From the human T2T-CHM13v2.0 reference genome, Homo sapiens: a DNA stretch of 64,000 nucleotides. Location of the stretch: the NCBI RefSeq assembly GCF_009914755.1, contig NC_060937.1. One strand, 5' to 3'. Below, one piece after another: positions 38,786 to 51,599 of this stretch. The position numbers and the translations under genes are program-made. Each line of letters starts with the position of its first letter. The stretch's first letter is position 1. The notes under the pieces were generated by a model. The model searched no databases. It worked only from the letters and a program-made list of their open reading frames with translations, and was not told where the DNA came from.

Positions 38786-40076
38786 AGAGGACTTTCAAAA
38801 ATTTCATGGGAAAAATTTGTATTATAAAAATAATTATGCATGAATTTAAAAAAATTTTACCAAAATAAACTTGTACGAGTTACAATAAACTTGTTGTAAC
38901 ATGTATAACAGGATCTAGTTTGAGCTACTAAGAAAAGTTGAAAAGATTCCCTATCATTGCAACATGAATTCTGCTAAAATTGAAGCAAGAACAAACATCA
39001 AATTTATGATGATGCTTGAGTAGAAGAAAGTAAACTTATTTGCTCTTTACAAAAGTTACTAGGGACAGTGTTCCAAATAAGTCAGAAGTTTACAAATGGA
39101 TAACTCATTGTATGAAAGAAAGAGACAATACTAAAGATGATGCCTGTGGAGCAAACCACCCACATCAATTTGTGAGAAAAAAGTTTTCTTGTTTATGTCC
39201 TAATTGAAGAGGACTAACAGTTAACAGCAGAAACAATAGCTGATGACACAGACATCTCAATTTGTTTAGGTTATGCAATTCTGACTGAAAAATTAAAGTT
39301 GAGCAAACTTTCTACTCCATTGGTGCCAAAACCCTTGCATCCAGATCAGCTGCAGAATAGAGCAGAGCTTGCAACGGAAATTTTAAACAAGTGGGATTAA
39401 GTTCTTGAAGCATTTCTTTGAAAAACTGTAACAGGAGATGTAACATGCCTTCACCAGTGTGATCCTGAATACTAAGTGCAATCCAAGCAATCGTTACCGA
39501 GAGGTGGCAGTGGTCCAGTCAAAGCAAAAGTGGATTGGTCAAGAGCAAACGTCATTGCAACAGATTTTTGAGATGCTCAAGGCATATTCCTTGGTAACTT
39601 TATGGAAGGACAATGAATAATTACATATTTTGTTATGAAAGTGTTTTGAGAAATTTGCCAAAGACTTAGAAAAACACCAAGGAAGGCCTCAGTAGGGAGA
39701 GCCTTCTCTACTATGATAATGCTCCTGCTCATCGTTCTCATCAAACAAGGGCAATTTTGTGAGAGTTTTGATGGAAAATTATTGGCATCCTCCTTGCAGT
39801 CCTCATTTGGCTCCTTCTGCCTTCTTTTTATATCCTTATTTAAAAAAAAATTAAAGGCCACTCATTTTTTCTTTCATTTAGTAAGATAAAAAATACTTTA
39901 TTGAAATGGTTACATTTCCAGGGACCTCAGTTCTTTAGGAATCAAAAAAAAATGACTGGTATCATCACTTACAAAAGTGTCATGATTTTGATAGAACTTA
40001 TGTTGGAAAATAAAGTTTATATTTTAATTTTTATCTTTTAATTCTATTTTTTTCACAACTGTTTGAAGTCCCCTCA
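38786..40076 (+). mobile_element. HSMAR2 mariner DNA transposon, essentially full length (~1.3 kb)
   Basis: Inverted termini 'gaggactttcaaaaatttcatgg' and 'cacaactgtttgaagtcccctc'; inserted at a TA within the L1. Confidence 0.93.
38964..40013 (+). pseudogene. HSMAR2 transposase pseudogene
   Basis: Starts MNSAKIEARTNIKFM; degenerate mariner motifs LVPK (~39320, cf. WVPK), VTGDVTCLHQCDPE (39428, cf. TGDETW..YDPE) and PCSPHLAPS (~39792, cf. YSPDLAP); contains stops and frameshifts. Confidence 0.9.
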
Positions 40077-42042
40077 TCCTTTGGATATAGCTCCTTATTG
40101 GGTATATGGGTTGCAAAATTGTCTCATTTTGTGGTTTACCTATTTGTTTTGTTAATTTCATTCACTGTTGTTATAATGAACTCTAGTTGGCATGGTGGTA
40201 AGCTGTGGAGAAAGGGAAGCATTCTATATCCAGAGTATATATTGATTTAAGTATGAAGGTAGAACACGAAAACATTTATATGAGCAAGGTGTCAAAAAGC
40301 TCACCCTCCCAATAAATATTTTAGAAAAAGCTACTGAAAAATGGGCTTGACAAATACAAGAGATTAAACTAAAAAAGAGGAAGAGACAGGATCTAAAGAT
40401 AAGGAGATATATGTAAGATAAAGGCAATGGAATTGTCAGGTTAATGATGATGGAAAACCCCAAGATGACTAGTGTGAAACAGAGACCACATTTCAAATTA
40501 GAATAGAGCAGCAAGCTGTGAAAAGATTTCTTCAAGAAGATGAAGCTGATAAGCTGCCTGATGTGTCTGTGTATACTGCGAAAAGGTTTGTGATAACAGG
40601 AAGAGTTTGTTGATGAGTTTATAAGTTCATAGAAAACTAAGCAAACTGAATACAATACATTTTTTAACTCTAGGGAAACAAAAATAATAGATAGTACAAG
40701 TAATTTTAGCATGCAAACATACACACATAACTAAAATCAACCAACTTTATTTCTAAAATGTGGAATACAATTGCCAGTTTTCAGAGCTGTTAGGCTCAAA
40801 TTCAATAAGCACAACATTAGGCACGTAGAACTCACACAATGTATTCTGTAATTATAATAAAGTGAGTTCACTGGATGCAGATTAAAGACTGGAATTAACA
40901 TACACTGATTAAGTAAGTTATTGAACAAATAAAAGTAATTGTTACACCTCATGAACTGGGCATTATCGTTAGATTATTGTGGGAATATGCAACCCTGGAA
41001 AAATAAAATAATTCAACGTAAACATAAAAATGGAAAATTATTCCATTTCTAGTTTACTTAATATGTGTAAATGTAACACATTGCCTATAACACATAGAAT
41101 GCTGCATATTGTGACTTCTGTAATTTTTTAACAGAAAATGTATTAGATTGAAAATTAATTTTTAAAAGTTTCAGTTTTCTATTTCTTGGGTGAAAGAATG
41201 TATCACTGTATATTTGTTGAGTGTTGGCATGACTGGGTGCATGAATAATAATTTTGCATATAGTATTTTTAAACAGATGCCAAGTTAGCATTTTTTAATG
41301 CATTCAAAGATTGTTTGGAATATTAAAAATTCAGGTGAATTATCTTTTTCTTACAATCTGTCAATACCTGACACACATATGTTATGTACTCTTCATAAAA
41401 TAGTCCAGAAGATATTGATTTGAAGCACAATTATAAACTTTATGTGAATTTTTACTTGTATGTATAAACAATACCTGGTATAGTTTATTGATAATCTTTT
41501 TTGATTACATAAAGTTACTCATATGGCATTGGATGGCACTTAACTATTTAATCAAATATAATGCCTTTAAAATTCCATCTGTGCTGTCTGAAGTTATGAC
41601 AGTAGGCTCATGTTTCCCTGGTTCTGTATTTACTACTTTGAACACGTTGATTTAGCCTTCAGTGTTTGGTTCCTTATCTTTTTCCTGTATATTATTTATT
41701 TTTAGGAATTAGTATTACTTAATGACTCAGGAGAATTGTATGCTTACACCAAGAAAACATTATTTATTTGGCTCTAAGAGTTATATTTTGTTAACACATA
41801 TCAAATAAACAAATAGTTTGTTTTAGCAAAATGGAATAATTTTATGAATGGTAAAAGGTGATATTTTGACAGCCAACTGAATTTTTCCCATGTGTTAATG
41901 GAATACATACACATTTATTTATTTTTTGGCTTAGCTAGCGATTATGCTCTAATCTTTTAGGGTTGTGATACTAATTAGTTTTTTATTTATGAGAAGGTAG
42001 TCAACAAAATAAACTATGTAATTAAAAAGTCCTGGCACTGCA

Positions 42043-43730
42043 AAAATTAATGTTGTTAAACTGTCCATAGCAGTCAAAGAAATCTACAGCTTTGATACAA
42101 TCTCTATTAAAATCTCAATAATATTCTCTACCAAAATAGAAAAAAAAATCCTAAAATGATTAGGAAACTACAAAAAACCTCAAATAGCCAACACAATCTT
42201 GGTCAAAAAGGACAAAATTCTTTGTCCTTTAGGCATCAAATTACCTGGCTCCAAAAGATGCTACAAAGCTATGTGTGGTAATCAAACCAGTATGGTACCA
42301 GCATAAAAACAGACATATAAACGAATGGACAATAGGACATCCAAAATAAGTCCACACATCTATGGTTAAGTAATTTTCCATGAGGGTACCAAGAATGCAC
42401 AATGGAGAAAGGCTAACCTTTTCTACAAATGGTGTTGGGGAAACTGAGTATCTATTATAATAAAAGTAGAAAAATAACATTAGTACCTTATCTCACATCA
42501 TATACAAAAAATCAACTCAAAACTGATTAGACTTAAGTATAAGGCTTGAAACTGTAACACTACTGGAAGAAAACACAGGAGAAAAGATCTGAAATATTGA
42601 TCTGATCAATGATTTTATGGAACTCAAAAGCACAGGCAACCAAAGCAAAAATTGCCAAATGAACCATGTAAACGAGAGGAGGTTAATATGCAAAATGCAT
42701 AATTAACTACGAGAAATAATTGGCAAAAAAAAAAAACCTGACTAAAAAATGGGCTAAGGACCTTAATACACATTTCTCAAAAGAAGTCATACAAATAATC
42801 AATAGGTATATGAAGAAATGCTTAACATCATTAAGCTTCAGAGAAATGCAAATTGAAATCGAAATGAGATATCACATCATGTCTGTTATTATCAAAAAGA
42901 CGAAAGGTAACAAATGTTCATGAGGATGTGGAGAAAAGAAAACTTCTCTTGTGCATTGTTGGTGAGAGTTAAAATTGATACAACCATTTTGAAAAACTGT
43001 ATGAAGTCTACTCAAAAAATTAGAATTACTGTATAATGCAGCAATTTCACTTCTGGGTATATATATAAATAAAATCACTATCTTGAAGAGATATTTGCAC
43101 TTCCATTTTAATTGCAGCATTATTCACAATAGTCAAGATATGGAAACAACCTAAGTGTCTACCCTCAGATGCATGGATAAAGAAAATGTGGATATATGTA
43201 TATACACAATAAAATATTATCCAGCTTTAATTAAGGAATAAATTCTGCCACTTGTGACAACTTGAACCTGGAGGACATTATGCTAAGTGAAATAAGCTAG
43301 AGACAGAAAGTGGTCTCCAACGCTCATGGACATGATCTTACCTCTATGTGGAATCTACAAATGTCAAACTCAGAAAAGTAAAAAGTAGAATGGTAGTTAC
43401 CAGGATTTGAAGAGCAGAAGAAACATAAAGTTGTTGCTCATGGATACAAAGGTTCAGTTATGAAAAATTGATAAGTTCTGGAGACCTAATGCACAGCATG
43501 CTTACTCTATTTAATAATACTGTATTGTATACTTGAAATTCACTAAAACAATTGATATTATCTATTCTTACCATAAAAAATGTAACCAGATGAGGTTATT
43601 GATATGTTAATTAGCTTGTTTTTGGTAATTATTACATAATGTATATGTATATCAAAAGACCATATTGTACATTTGAATATAAAAAAAATTTTATTTGTCC
43701 AATATATTTCAACATAGCTGAAAAATATAA
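42043..43730 (+). mobile_element. L1MA9-like 3' portion (late ORF2 and 3'UTR)
   Basis: 'aaatggtgttggggaaactg', 'aacctggaggacattatgctaagtgaaataagc', 'ataagttctggagacctaatg', end 'tttttatttgtc..caa..agctgaaaaa'. Confidence 0.88.
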
Positions 43731-44387
43731 AATCATAGCATGTAGGAAAAACACATCTTTTTATTTGAATTGACTTACATTTATTCAACTTAATAATACA
43801 ACCATATTTTATGAAATGATCACTCTGAGGCAGGTAGCATAACAAGTATCTATTGGTTGCAGTTGGCAGCAAGGCATTTCTTGCCAAAATGGAATTCAAT
43901 ATTTCATGGGAAGTTAGCAAAAATATAAAGTAATAAGCTCCAGAATAGAGATGTATGCAAGTAACTGTTGGATCACAGAAAATGGCATATCTAATTCTGC
44001 CTAAGAATAAAATGCACAAAGGGAACAGATGTTACCCAGAGTAGAATGTTCAAGAAATAGTAATAATTTGGCATGGCAAGAGCCATTTATACATAGCTGT
44101 AAATTTTTTATGCGTAGGTGTGAGCTTTCTTGAAAGAGAGCCCTCAGTTAGATCTCACATGGAATTTTCACCACCCTATGTATTAGGTTTTTTTTCCAAA
44201 ATTCCTTAGTTAAATATAGGTAAAAGGTAACAAAGTATTTTAGCTCTTTGTCCAAAATTAAATACAATTTATTTTCATTGTCCATTTTATGTGCAATTAG
44301 GTCATTATATAGATTTTCTCTATCTTTTTAATGAACAGCATGCATGGGCGATAATGTAAACCTTTTTAGCATTCCAGTCCATCTACT

Positions 44388-47274
44388 TTTGAGGTTATGC
44401 TTAATTCTAAGATGGCTCCTCAAAATCCTCATTTTCTAGCACACACACACTTTCTCCAGGCTATCCAATCAAACAATAATCTAGGTGCTTCAGCAAAAAG
44501 ATTTTGCTAATATGTTAAATGTCCCAAATCAGTTGGTGTTAAAATGGAGATATTATCCTCAGTGCATTTAAACTAATTAAGGGAATACTTGAAAGGGACC
44601 AAGCTTTTCCTTATGAAAGAGATCCAAAGCTTGAAGGGAAGTTAATGAGTGTAATATTCCTCATTGCTGGTTTTCAATATGGGATCATGTGTTGTATTAG
44701 TTTTCATGCTGCTTATAAAGACATACCTGAGCGTGGGCAATTTACAAAAGAAAGAGGTTTAATGGACTTACAGTTCACATGGCTATGGAGGCCTCACAAG
44801 CATGGTGGAAGGCAAGGAGGAGCAAGTCACAGGAGGAGCAAGTCACATCATATGTGGATGGTGGCAGGCAAAAAGAGAGAGCTTGTGCAGAAAAACTCCT
44901 CTTAAAACCATCAGATCTCCTAAGACTTATTCACTATCATGAGAACAACACCGGAAAGAATTGCCCCCATGTTCAGTTACGTCCCAATGGCTCCCTCCCA
45001 CAACATGTGAGAATTCAAGGTGAGATTTGGATAGGGACACAGCTAAACCATATCATTCTGCCTTGGCCCCTCTCAAATCTCATATCCTCATATTTCAACG
45101 TCAATCATGCCTTCCCAATAGTCCCCCAAAGTCTTAACTCATTTCAGCATTAACTCAAAAGTCCACAATCCAAAATCTCATCAGTGACAAGTAAGTCCCT
45201 TCCACCTATGAGCCCGTAAAATCAAAATCAAGCTAGTTACTTCCTACAAACAATGGGGGTAAAGGTACTGGGAAAATACAGCTGTTCCAACTGGGAGAAA
45301 TTGGCCAAAACAAAGGGGCTACAGGCCCCATGCAAGTTCAAAATCCAGCGGGGCAGACAAATCTTAAAGCTGCAAAATGATCCCCTTTGACTCCATGTCT
45401 CACATGCAGGTCATGCTGGAGACAAAAAGGTGGGTTCCCACGGTCTTGAGCAGCATATAGCCCCCCTCCTGGCTGCTTTCAAAGGGTGATGTTGAGTGTC
45501 TGTGGCTTCTCCAGGCATATGGTATAAGCTTTCAGTGGATTTACCATTCTGGGGTCTGGAGGATGGTGGCTCTCTTCTCACAGGTCCACTAGGCAGTGCT
45601 CTGGTAGGGACTCTGTGTGGGGGCTCTGACCCCACATTTCCCTTCTGCACTGGCCTAGCAGAGGTTCTCCATGAGGGCTCCACCCCTGAAGCAAACTTCT
45701 GCCTGGGCATCCAGGTGTTTCTATACATCCTCTGAAATCCAGGCAGAGGTTCCCAAACCACAATTCTTGACTTCTGTGCACCTGCAGGTTCAACACCATG
45801 TGAAGTTGGCAAGGCTTGAGGCTTCCAATCTCTGAAGCAACAGCCTGAGCTGTACCTTGGCCTCTTTTAGACATGGCTGGAGTGGCTGGGACACAGGACA
45901 CCAAGTCCCTATAATGCACACAGCAGAGGGACCCTGTGCACAGCCTGTGAAACCATTTTTTTCTCCTGAACCTCTTGGCCTGTGACGGGAGAGGTTTCTG
46001 TGAAGGTCTCTGATGTGCCCTGGAGACATTTTCCCCATAGTCTTGTCATTTAACATTCTGCTTCACATTATTTATGCAAATTTCTGCAGCCAGCTTGAGT
46101 TTCTCCCGAGAAAATGGAATTGTCTCTTCTGTCACATTGTCAGGCTGCAAATTTTACAAAGTATTTATGCTCCGTTTCCCTTTTAAGATTGGATGCCTTT
46201 AACAGCACCCAAGTCACATCTTGAATGCTTTGCTGCTCAGAAATTTCTTCTGCCAGATACCCTCAATCATGTCTCTCAAGTTCAAAGTTCCACAAATCTC
46301 TACAGCTGGGGCAAAATGCCACCAGTCTTGTTGCTAAAGCATAACGAGAGTCACCATTGCTCCAGTTCCCAACAAGTTCCTCATCTCCATCTGAGACCAC
46401 CTCAGCCTGGATTTCATTGTCCTTATTATCAGCATTTTGGTCAAAGCAATTCAACAAGTCTCTAGGAAGGAAGTTCCAAACTTTCCCACATTTTTCTGTC
46501 TTCTTCTGAGCCCTCCAAACTGTTCTAAACTCTGCTGGTTATCCAGTTCCAAAGTTGCGTCCACATTTTCAGGTATCTTTTCAACAGTGCCCCACTCTAC
46601 TGGTACCAATTTACTGTACTAGTCTGTTTTCACATGGCTGATAAAGATATACCCAAGACTGGACAATTTACAAGAAAAAAAGGTTTAATGGACTTACAGT
46701 TCCACATGGCTAGGGAGGCCTCACAATCATGGTGGAAGGAGAAACCACATCTCACATAGTGGCAGATAAAAGAAAAGCTTGTGCAGGGAAACCCCTCTTT
46801 ATAAAACTGTCAGATCTCATGAGACATATTCACTATCACAAGAACAGCACAGGACACACTTGCCCCCATGATTCAATTACCTCCCACTAAGTTCTTCCCA
46901 TGACACATGGGAATTCAAAATGAGATTTGCATGGGGACACAGCCAAACCATATCATGTGTCAAGGAATGTGGGAGGGCGCTAAGACTTGAGAGTAAAACC
47001 AAACGGACAATCAACAAATAATCAAGGGATCTGTCTTACAACTGCCAGAAAAAAACCTTTGACAATTTGAGTGTACTTGAAATTGATTCTTTCTCAATGC
47101 CTTAAAAAAATACAGTCCAGATTATTATACTTTGATGTTACCCTGTGAGTCTCTGATCAGAGAAACCTGTTAAACTGTGACTAGACTTTAACCTACAGAA
47201 ACTGTGAGATAATACATGGGTGCTGTTTACTTCTCTACGTAGATGTTTACTACGGAGTGAAAGAAAACTAACAC
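44388..47274 (+). mobile_element. MLT1E-like LTR (44388-44692 and 46956-47274), split by THE1B
   Basis: 'aattctaagatggc', 'aatcaaac..taatctaggtgct', 'gtcccaaatcagttg'; second half 'acctacagaaactgtgagataata..gaaaactaa.aca'. Confidence 0.75.
44693..46955 (-). mobile_element. Full-length THE1B MaLR: LTR 44693-45055, internal 45056-46614, LTR 46615-46955
   Basis: LTRs run 'tgta(t/c)tagt...cagc(t/c)aaaccatatca'; 5-bp TSD TGTGT at 44688-44692 and 46956-46960. Confidence 0.93.
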
Positions 47275-48154
47275 ATTTGTCTCCATAATTTTTCTCAATA
47301 TTCAATGTTAGGAGTGATATTGTCATAGTGCCTGGGAAATCAAATTTCTGATTTCATATCCTTAATAAGTAAACTTAAGTAATAATGATTGGTAATGAGT
47401 TAATTATTAAGTAACTTAAAAATATTAGAGAGATGTTTTAAGAAGTTAATAATAAGAGGAATTTAACTGCATGCACTATGCTGTTTGTTTCTACATATTC
47501 TGGAGTTCTACATAATTAAACACTTAGTAGTTAGGAGCCTCATTACTTAGTATGTGAATCACTCTATGCATTAAAGTGTTGCATTAATGTTACGGAATCC
47601 TTGGGGTGTCCCTTCACTGATCAGAAACCTCTGTGTCCACTGGCACCTTTGCCTGAGTTTTGCTCTGGACTGCAGGGCTCATTCTGCCCACTCAGCCTGG
47701 CAGACTGCACTCAGCTCCTGCTACCGGCCTGGATCCTATGCCTGCCAAGGTCAAGACAGGCACGAAGCAGCAAGGAGTGCGTGAATGAGGATGGGGAATG
47801 GCCAGTGAGCACAGCCGGGCACACTCGCTGTGATGGGACATGCAGTCCCAGGCATTGACACGGGTGCTGGCTCCCTACAAGGCTGTGGCTACACCAGGCA
47901 TACCATAAGCAACTTCCACAGCTGACACCAGGAAATGCAGTGGCTCCAAGAAGCTTGGAGATGCCAGAAACTGCAGAACCCCAAAGAGGATATCGTAGCC
48001 CTGGCTCAGGAAGCTTCTAGGTCTGGGCTCTCCAAAGGGCTGCAGCTCTTCTCTCTTTCTCTCTTCTTGTTGCCTGCAATGTGGTAAGCAAGGAACGTGT
48101 TTCAGCCCTGTTTGTGTTACAGCTCCTTTAGCCCTGCCATTGAGCGGGTCCTGG

Positions 48155-48868
48155 TGAGAGGAGGGGCCAGCTGGGCTTCCTGGATGGAGTAAGGGCTCCA
48201 AAAGCTGTGAAACTCACTCATTTCCTGCATCAGGACTTACTTTGGTCCTGGAAGAATAATATTGAAGATATATGCTTAAACTATTCCTAACACCAGGATT
48301 TGTGCGTTTGTTTTCTTCCTCAAGAAAAATATAAACAGCGAAAATGTTGCTGTAAGTTTCCCTGTGTCCTCTCTCCCTCTCTCCATTCCCCCTCCCTCAA
48401 AACTAAAGTAAAAGGAATGTTAACTGCCCATTTTTCTGTGGCCAGCAGACCTTATCTCTACTCCCAATTCCAATTCCTTGTAAATATACTTTGTAAAGTC
48501 CTGTGAGATCCTGTCTCCTTTGCCATGCCGCTGCAAGGTCATAAAGTAAATATAACCTAAGTTGCAATTCTGGTTTTCCTCAAAATCTAAGACATGTCAC
48601 AAAATAATTTACTTCCTTTTTTTCTCGCTCTAGTAACATCTTCCTGCCGCACGTATTTCCTGCCTTAAAGAGTTTAAAAGGCAATCACCCAAAACCAGCA
48701 GTGGCTACCGGTTCGGGACCCCTTCCACACTGTGGAAGCTTTGTATTTTCACTCTGCTCAATAAAGCCTACAGCTTTTTCTCTCTATCGGTCTGTGTCTC
48801 TATCACTTGCTGTGATCAGCTACCACACCAATTCTTTGGCATGGCGAAGCAAGAACCTTGCCGTTACA
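48155..48868 (+). mobile_element. LTR30 (HERV30) solo LTR
   Basis: Starts 'tgagaggagg.gccagctgggcttcctgg', has AATAAA at 48760, ends 'gttaca'; 4-bp TSD CTGG at 48151-48154 and 48869-48872. Confidence 0.85.
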
Positions 48869-48974
48869 CTGGGTTCTTTTTGTGTGTCCTGGAAGAATGA
48901 CGTACACAGACAAGTGGAGGGTGAACAAGATGAAAGGAGCTATACTGAGTGATAGAACAGCTTAGAGAAGACCA

Positions 48975-49290
48975 GCAGTGGGTAGCTCCTCTTTGTAGGC
49001 AGGGTGTCCCAACAAGTGTTCAGCTCTCAGCAGAGAGGGTAGCTCCTCTCTGCAGCTGGTCATTTCATCTTCTCTTTAGTCAGCAGAGAGGGTAGCTCCT
49101 CTCTGAGGGCAGGTCATCCGATCAATTCTTCAGCTCTCAGCAGAGAGGGTAGCTCCTCTCTGCAGCTGGTCATTTCATCTTCTCTTCAGTGAGCAGAGAG
49201 GGTAGCTCCTCTCTGAGGGCAGGTCATCCCACCAACTCTTCAGCTCTCAGTAGAGAGGGTAGCTCCTCTCTACAGCTGGTCATCATGTCA
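48975..49290. repeat. Tandem repeat within MER52: 50/60-bp units forming a 110-bp higher-order period
   Basis: Core 'agagagggtagctcctctct' occurs five times (49033, 49085, 49143, 49195, 49253 approx.) plus a degenerate copy near 48980. Confidence 0.9.
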
Positions 49291-51599
49291 TCTCCATCCT
49301 CTCCTTGAGTCTGGCTGAGTCTGGGGGTTTTTATGAGCCTCAGAGGAGAGGAAGCGTGTGCTGACTGGTCCATGTAGCGGGGGCATTGGCAGCACCAGAA
49401 AAAAGTAATGCAAGATCCCTCTCCAGACTGCAGGACTGGCAGCCCAGCCCCAGGCTTCAGGTCCAACCTGGCTTGAAAGTGGGGCTTCACTGGGACCACT
49501 CCCTTCCATTCAGAAGCCTGTCTGCCTCATGCCTGTTCATGGTGCCCAGGCTTTTCATATCAAGGAGTGGCTGCATGCTAGTACTGGGCTGTCCTCAGCA
49601 CCTCCTCACCCTCCCTCCCATGCTTGTCAATGCCCAAAGTCCACAGGGGCCTGAGGTGGCAGGGGGCTGGTGTGTTAACACTGCCCTGAGCATGTGCACA
49701 TCCAGCCTGGCTCAGACAGTGCCTGGGCTTGCCCCAACTTTGCCCTGAGATCAGAGTGGGTGCTGATAGCAGGGAGAAGCCAGACACTGGGAGCAGGCAC
49801 TTTCAAATCTGCGGGGTAAAGTTGGGGGGCCTTCCTGGGCCTCAAAGAATGCAGAGATGCCTGGGTCCGCAACCATGGGAGGGTGGCTACAGCTGCACCC
49901 AGGGAACTCCCATCCCGTCAGCTCAGAAGGAACGGGTTCCTGCTTGTCCCCAGCTCCTGTCAGCTCTGAGGAGCATGCAGCCCCAGCTGGGCCTCACCAC
50001 AGCTTGGGGCGGGGGCTTCGTGTCCTCACTCTCTGGGCCTGGGCTGTCATCCTAGGTGGGGTGATGTTGCTGTGAGTTCTTTCTGTGGCCCCAGTGCTTA
50101 GGGGTGGCCTGGGTCTCCCCCTCTCCCAGCTGATGGCCCTGCTTGAGGGGCGCCTCCAGGAGCAGATCATGGCCCTGGGCCCGGCCATGGGGAGCGTCAG
50201 GCTCAGTGGTCACCTCCATGTGGGGCAGATCCTAGGGACGCAGCCCTGGGCAGCCCTGCACAAAGCCTCTTGTTGAGGTGCAGGAACTTGGTGCTGTCGA
50301 TGGGTTGGGTGTAGTGCTTGCATCCTGGCTGGGTTCTTGAAGCCTGGGATGCTCCCACTTGCCACACAGGCCTCTGATGCACAGCTCCAGTTCCAAGTCT
50401 CAGGGCTGACCCAGGAGTTGCTGCTTCCAGCCCAGCTCCTGATAACCACCATTCTGCTTTCTATGAATTCAGCTTTCTTAGGTTTCACATATGAGTGAGA
50501 TCATGTGGTATTTGCCTTTTGGTGCCTGGCTTATTTCACTTATCTCAATGTCCTCCAAGTGAATCCATGTGCAAAAGCAGCACCTCCCTGGGCCCAGCCC
50601 AGCCTTGGGGCCTCTCTCTGTTCACTCCTCCATGGCCAGCCACACTGCTTTCACATCAGGGGGTGACTGGGCCTGGCCCCACCAAAGTGGCTTCCAGAGG
50701 TGTGTTCCCAGGGCAGCAGGCCCTAGGGAGAAGCTCCGGGGACTACCTGCCTTGGTGTCTGAATCTGAGGACTTATATCCTGGGCCTGTACCCCACTGCA
50801 GCTGGCATCATGGCAGCAGCTGCTTCAGAGGGGCTGCCACTGCCATCATTAACACTAATTGTTACCAATTGCTAATAAAAGTAATATCTTGGTAATTAAC
50901 TGAAAAACTAAGTGAAAGAGACAGAACAAAATTGATTAGTATTTAATTACACAAAAAATTAAATTTTAACCTATCAGTTCAAAATACTTCATGATAAATC
51001 TATTACTTGGCTCCACATGGGAAACTTGGCTATTTTGCAGGAGATATAGGTGCAGTAACCAAAAGTAATGGTTGCAATATACAGTTAAATATTCAAGTTA
51101 TATCTGGATACGATCCCTTTATCTTTCTTTACTCATATTCAACTCTCTTAACGACTCTTCAAATAAAAAATATTTTTTAATGCTTACTAGGTACCAAACA
51201 CTGAGATGTATTAGCTTTGTTTCAGAATTTAGAAACTAATCAGCTTGTTTACTATGTGTATGTTTCTGTGTGTTGGAGATGGGAGGGTGGTTGGAGGTGG
51301 GGGATGTGGTGGATAAGTCTCACAGTATATTTTAAAGTTAACATCTATAATTGTCCTTGTTATACAATGTAAATAAATAGAGCCTTTTACTTTTACTCAT
51401 TGACCTGGGCTGCATGTTGTAATCTTGTTTCAGTAGTTAAATTCTTACCTCTTTTCTGTGTGAATCCATGTTGTTTGCAGGTCTGATACCCTGATTCTCC
51501 AGAATATTAATTCACTTTTGCTCTACTCATATCTTCCTTGATAAGTCCATCTTTTCCAATAAAAGTAGTTTCTAGATGTACTCCGCTTGAAGATTTAAA

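Larger units (their letters stand above)
37722..40160 (-). mobile_element. L1MA8/9-like 3' fragment (37722-38785 and 40077-40160), split by HSMAR2
   Basis: 'taattaccacaatcaaactaattaacat', 'ctggtaaccaccattcta', 'ttccttatata' continuing after HSMAR2 as 'ttggatat..ccttatt'. Confidence 0.85.
37430..40230 (-). mobile_element. L1MC/MD 5'-region fragment (37430-37720 and 40160-40230) hosting the L1MA and HSMAR2 insertions
   Basis: Both pieces are collinear with 19185-19515 of the other L1MC/MD copy in this window ('tttttgttgaaa..aactgag..tgtgag..atgttaat'). Confidence 0.6.
47588..50848 (-). mobile_element. MER52 ERV1 LTR (MER52D-sized), containing LTR30 and an L1-derived patch
   Basis: Termini 'tgttacggaatccttggggtgtc' and 'gctgccactgccatca'; 4-bp TSD TTAA at 47584-47587 and 50849-50852. 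Confidence 0.88.

Noticed and set aside
40224-40724. 166-aa hydrophobic ORF (similar ORFs at 43558-44019 and 38376-38765)
   Set aside because: Phe/Leu/Ile-rich translations of T-rich strands, partly antisense L1; no domain or splice context.
48975-49290. CRISPR-like palindromic repeats with spacers
   Set aside because: Primate DNA, no cas genes, spacers are themselves repeated, and the array is internal to a MER52 LTR.
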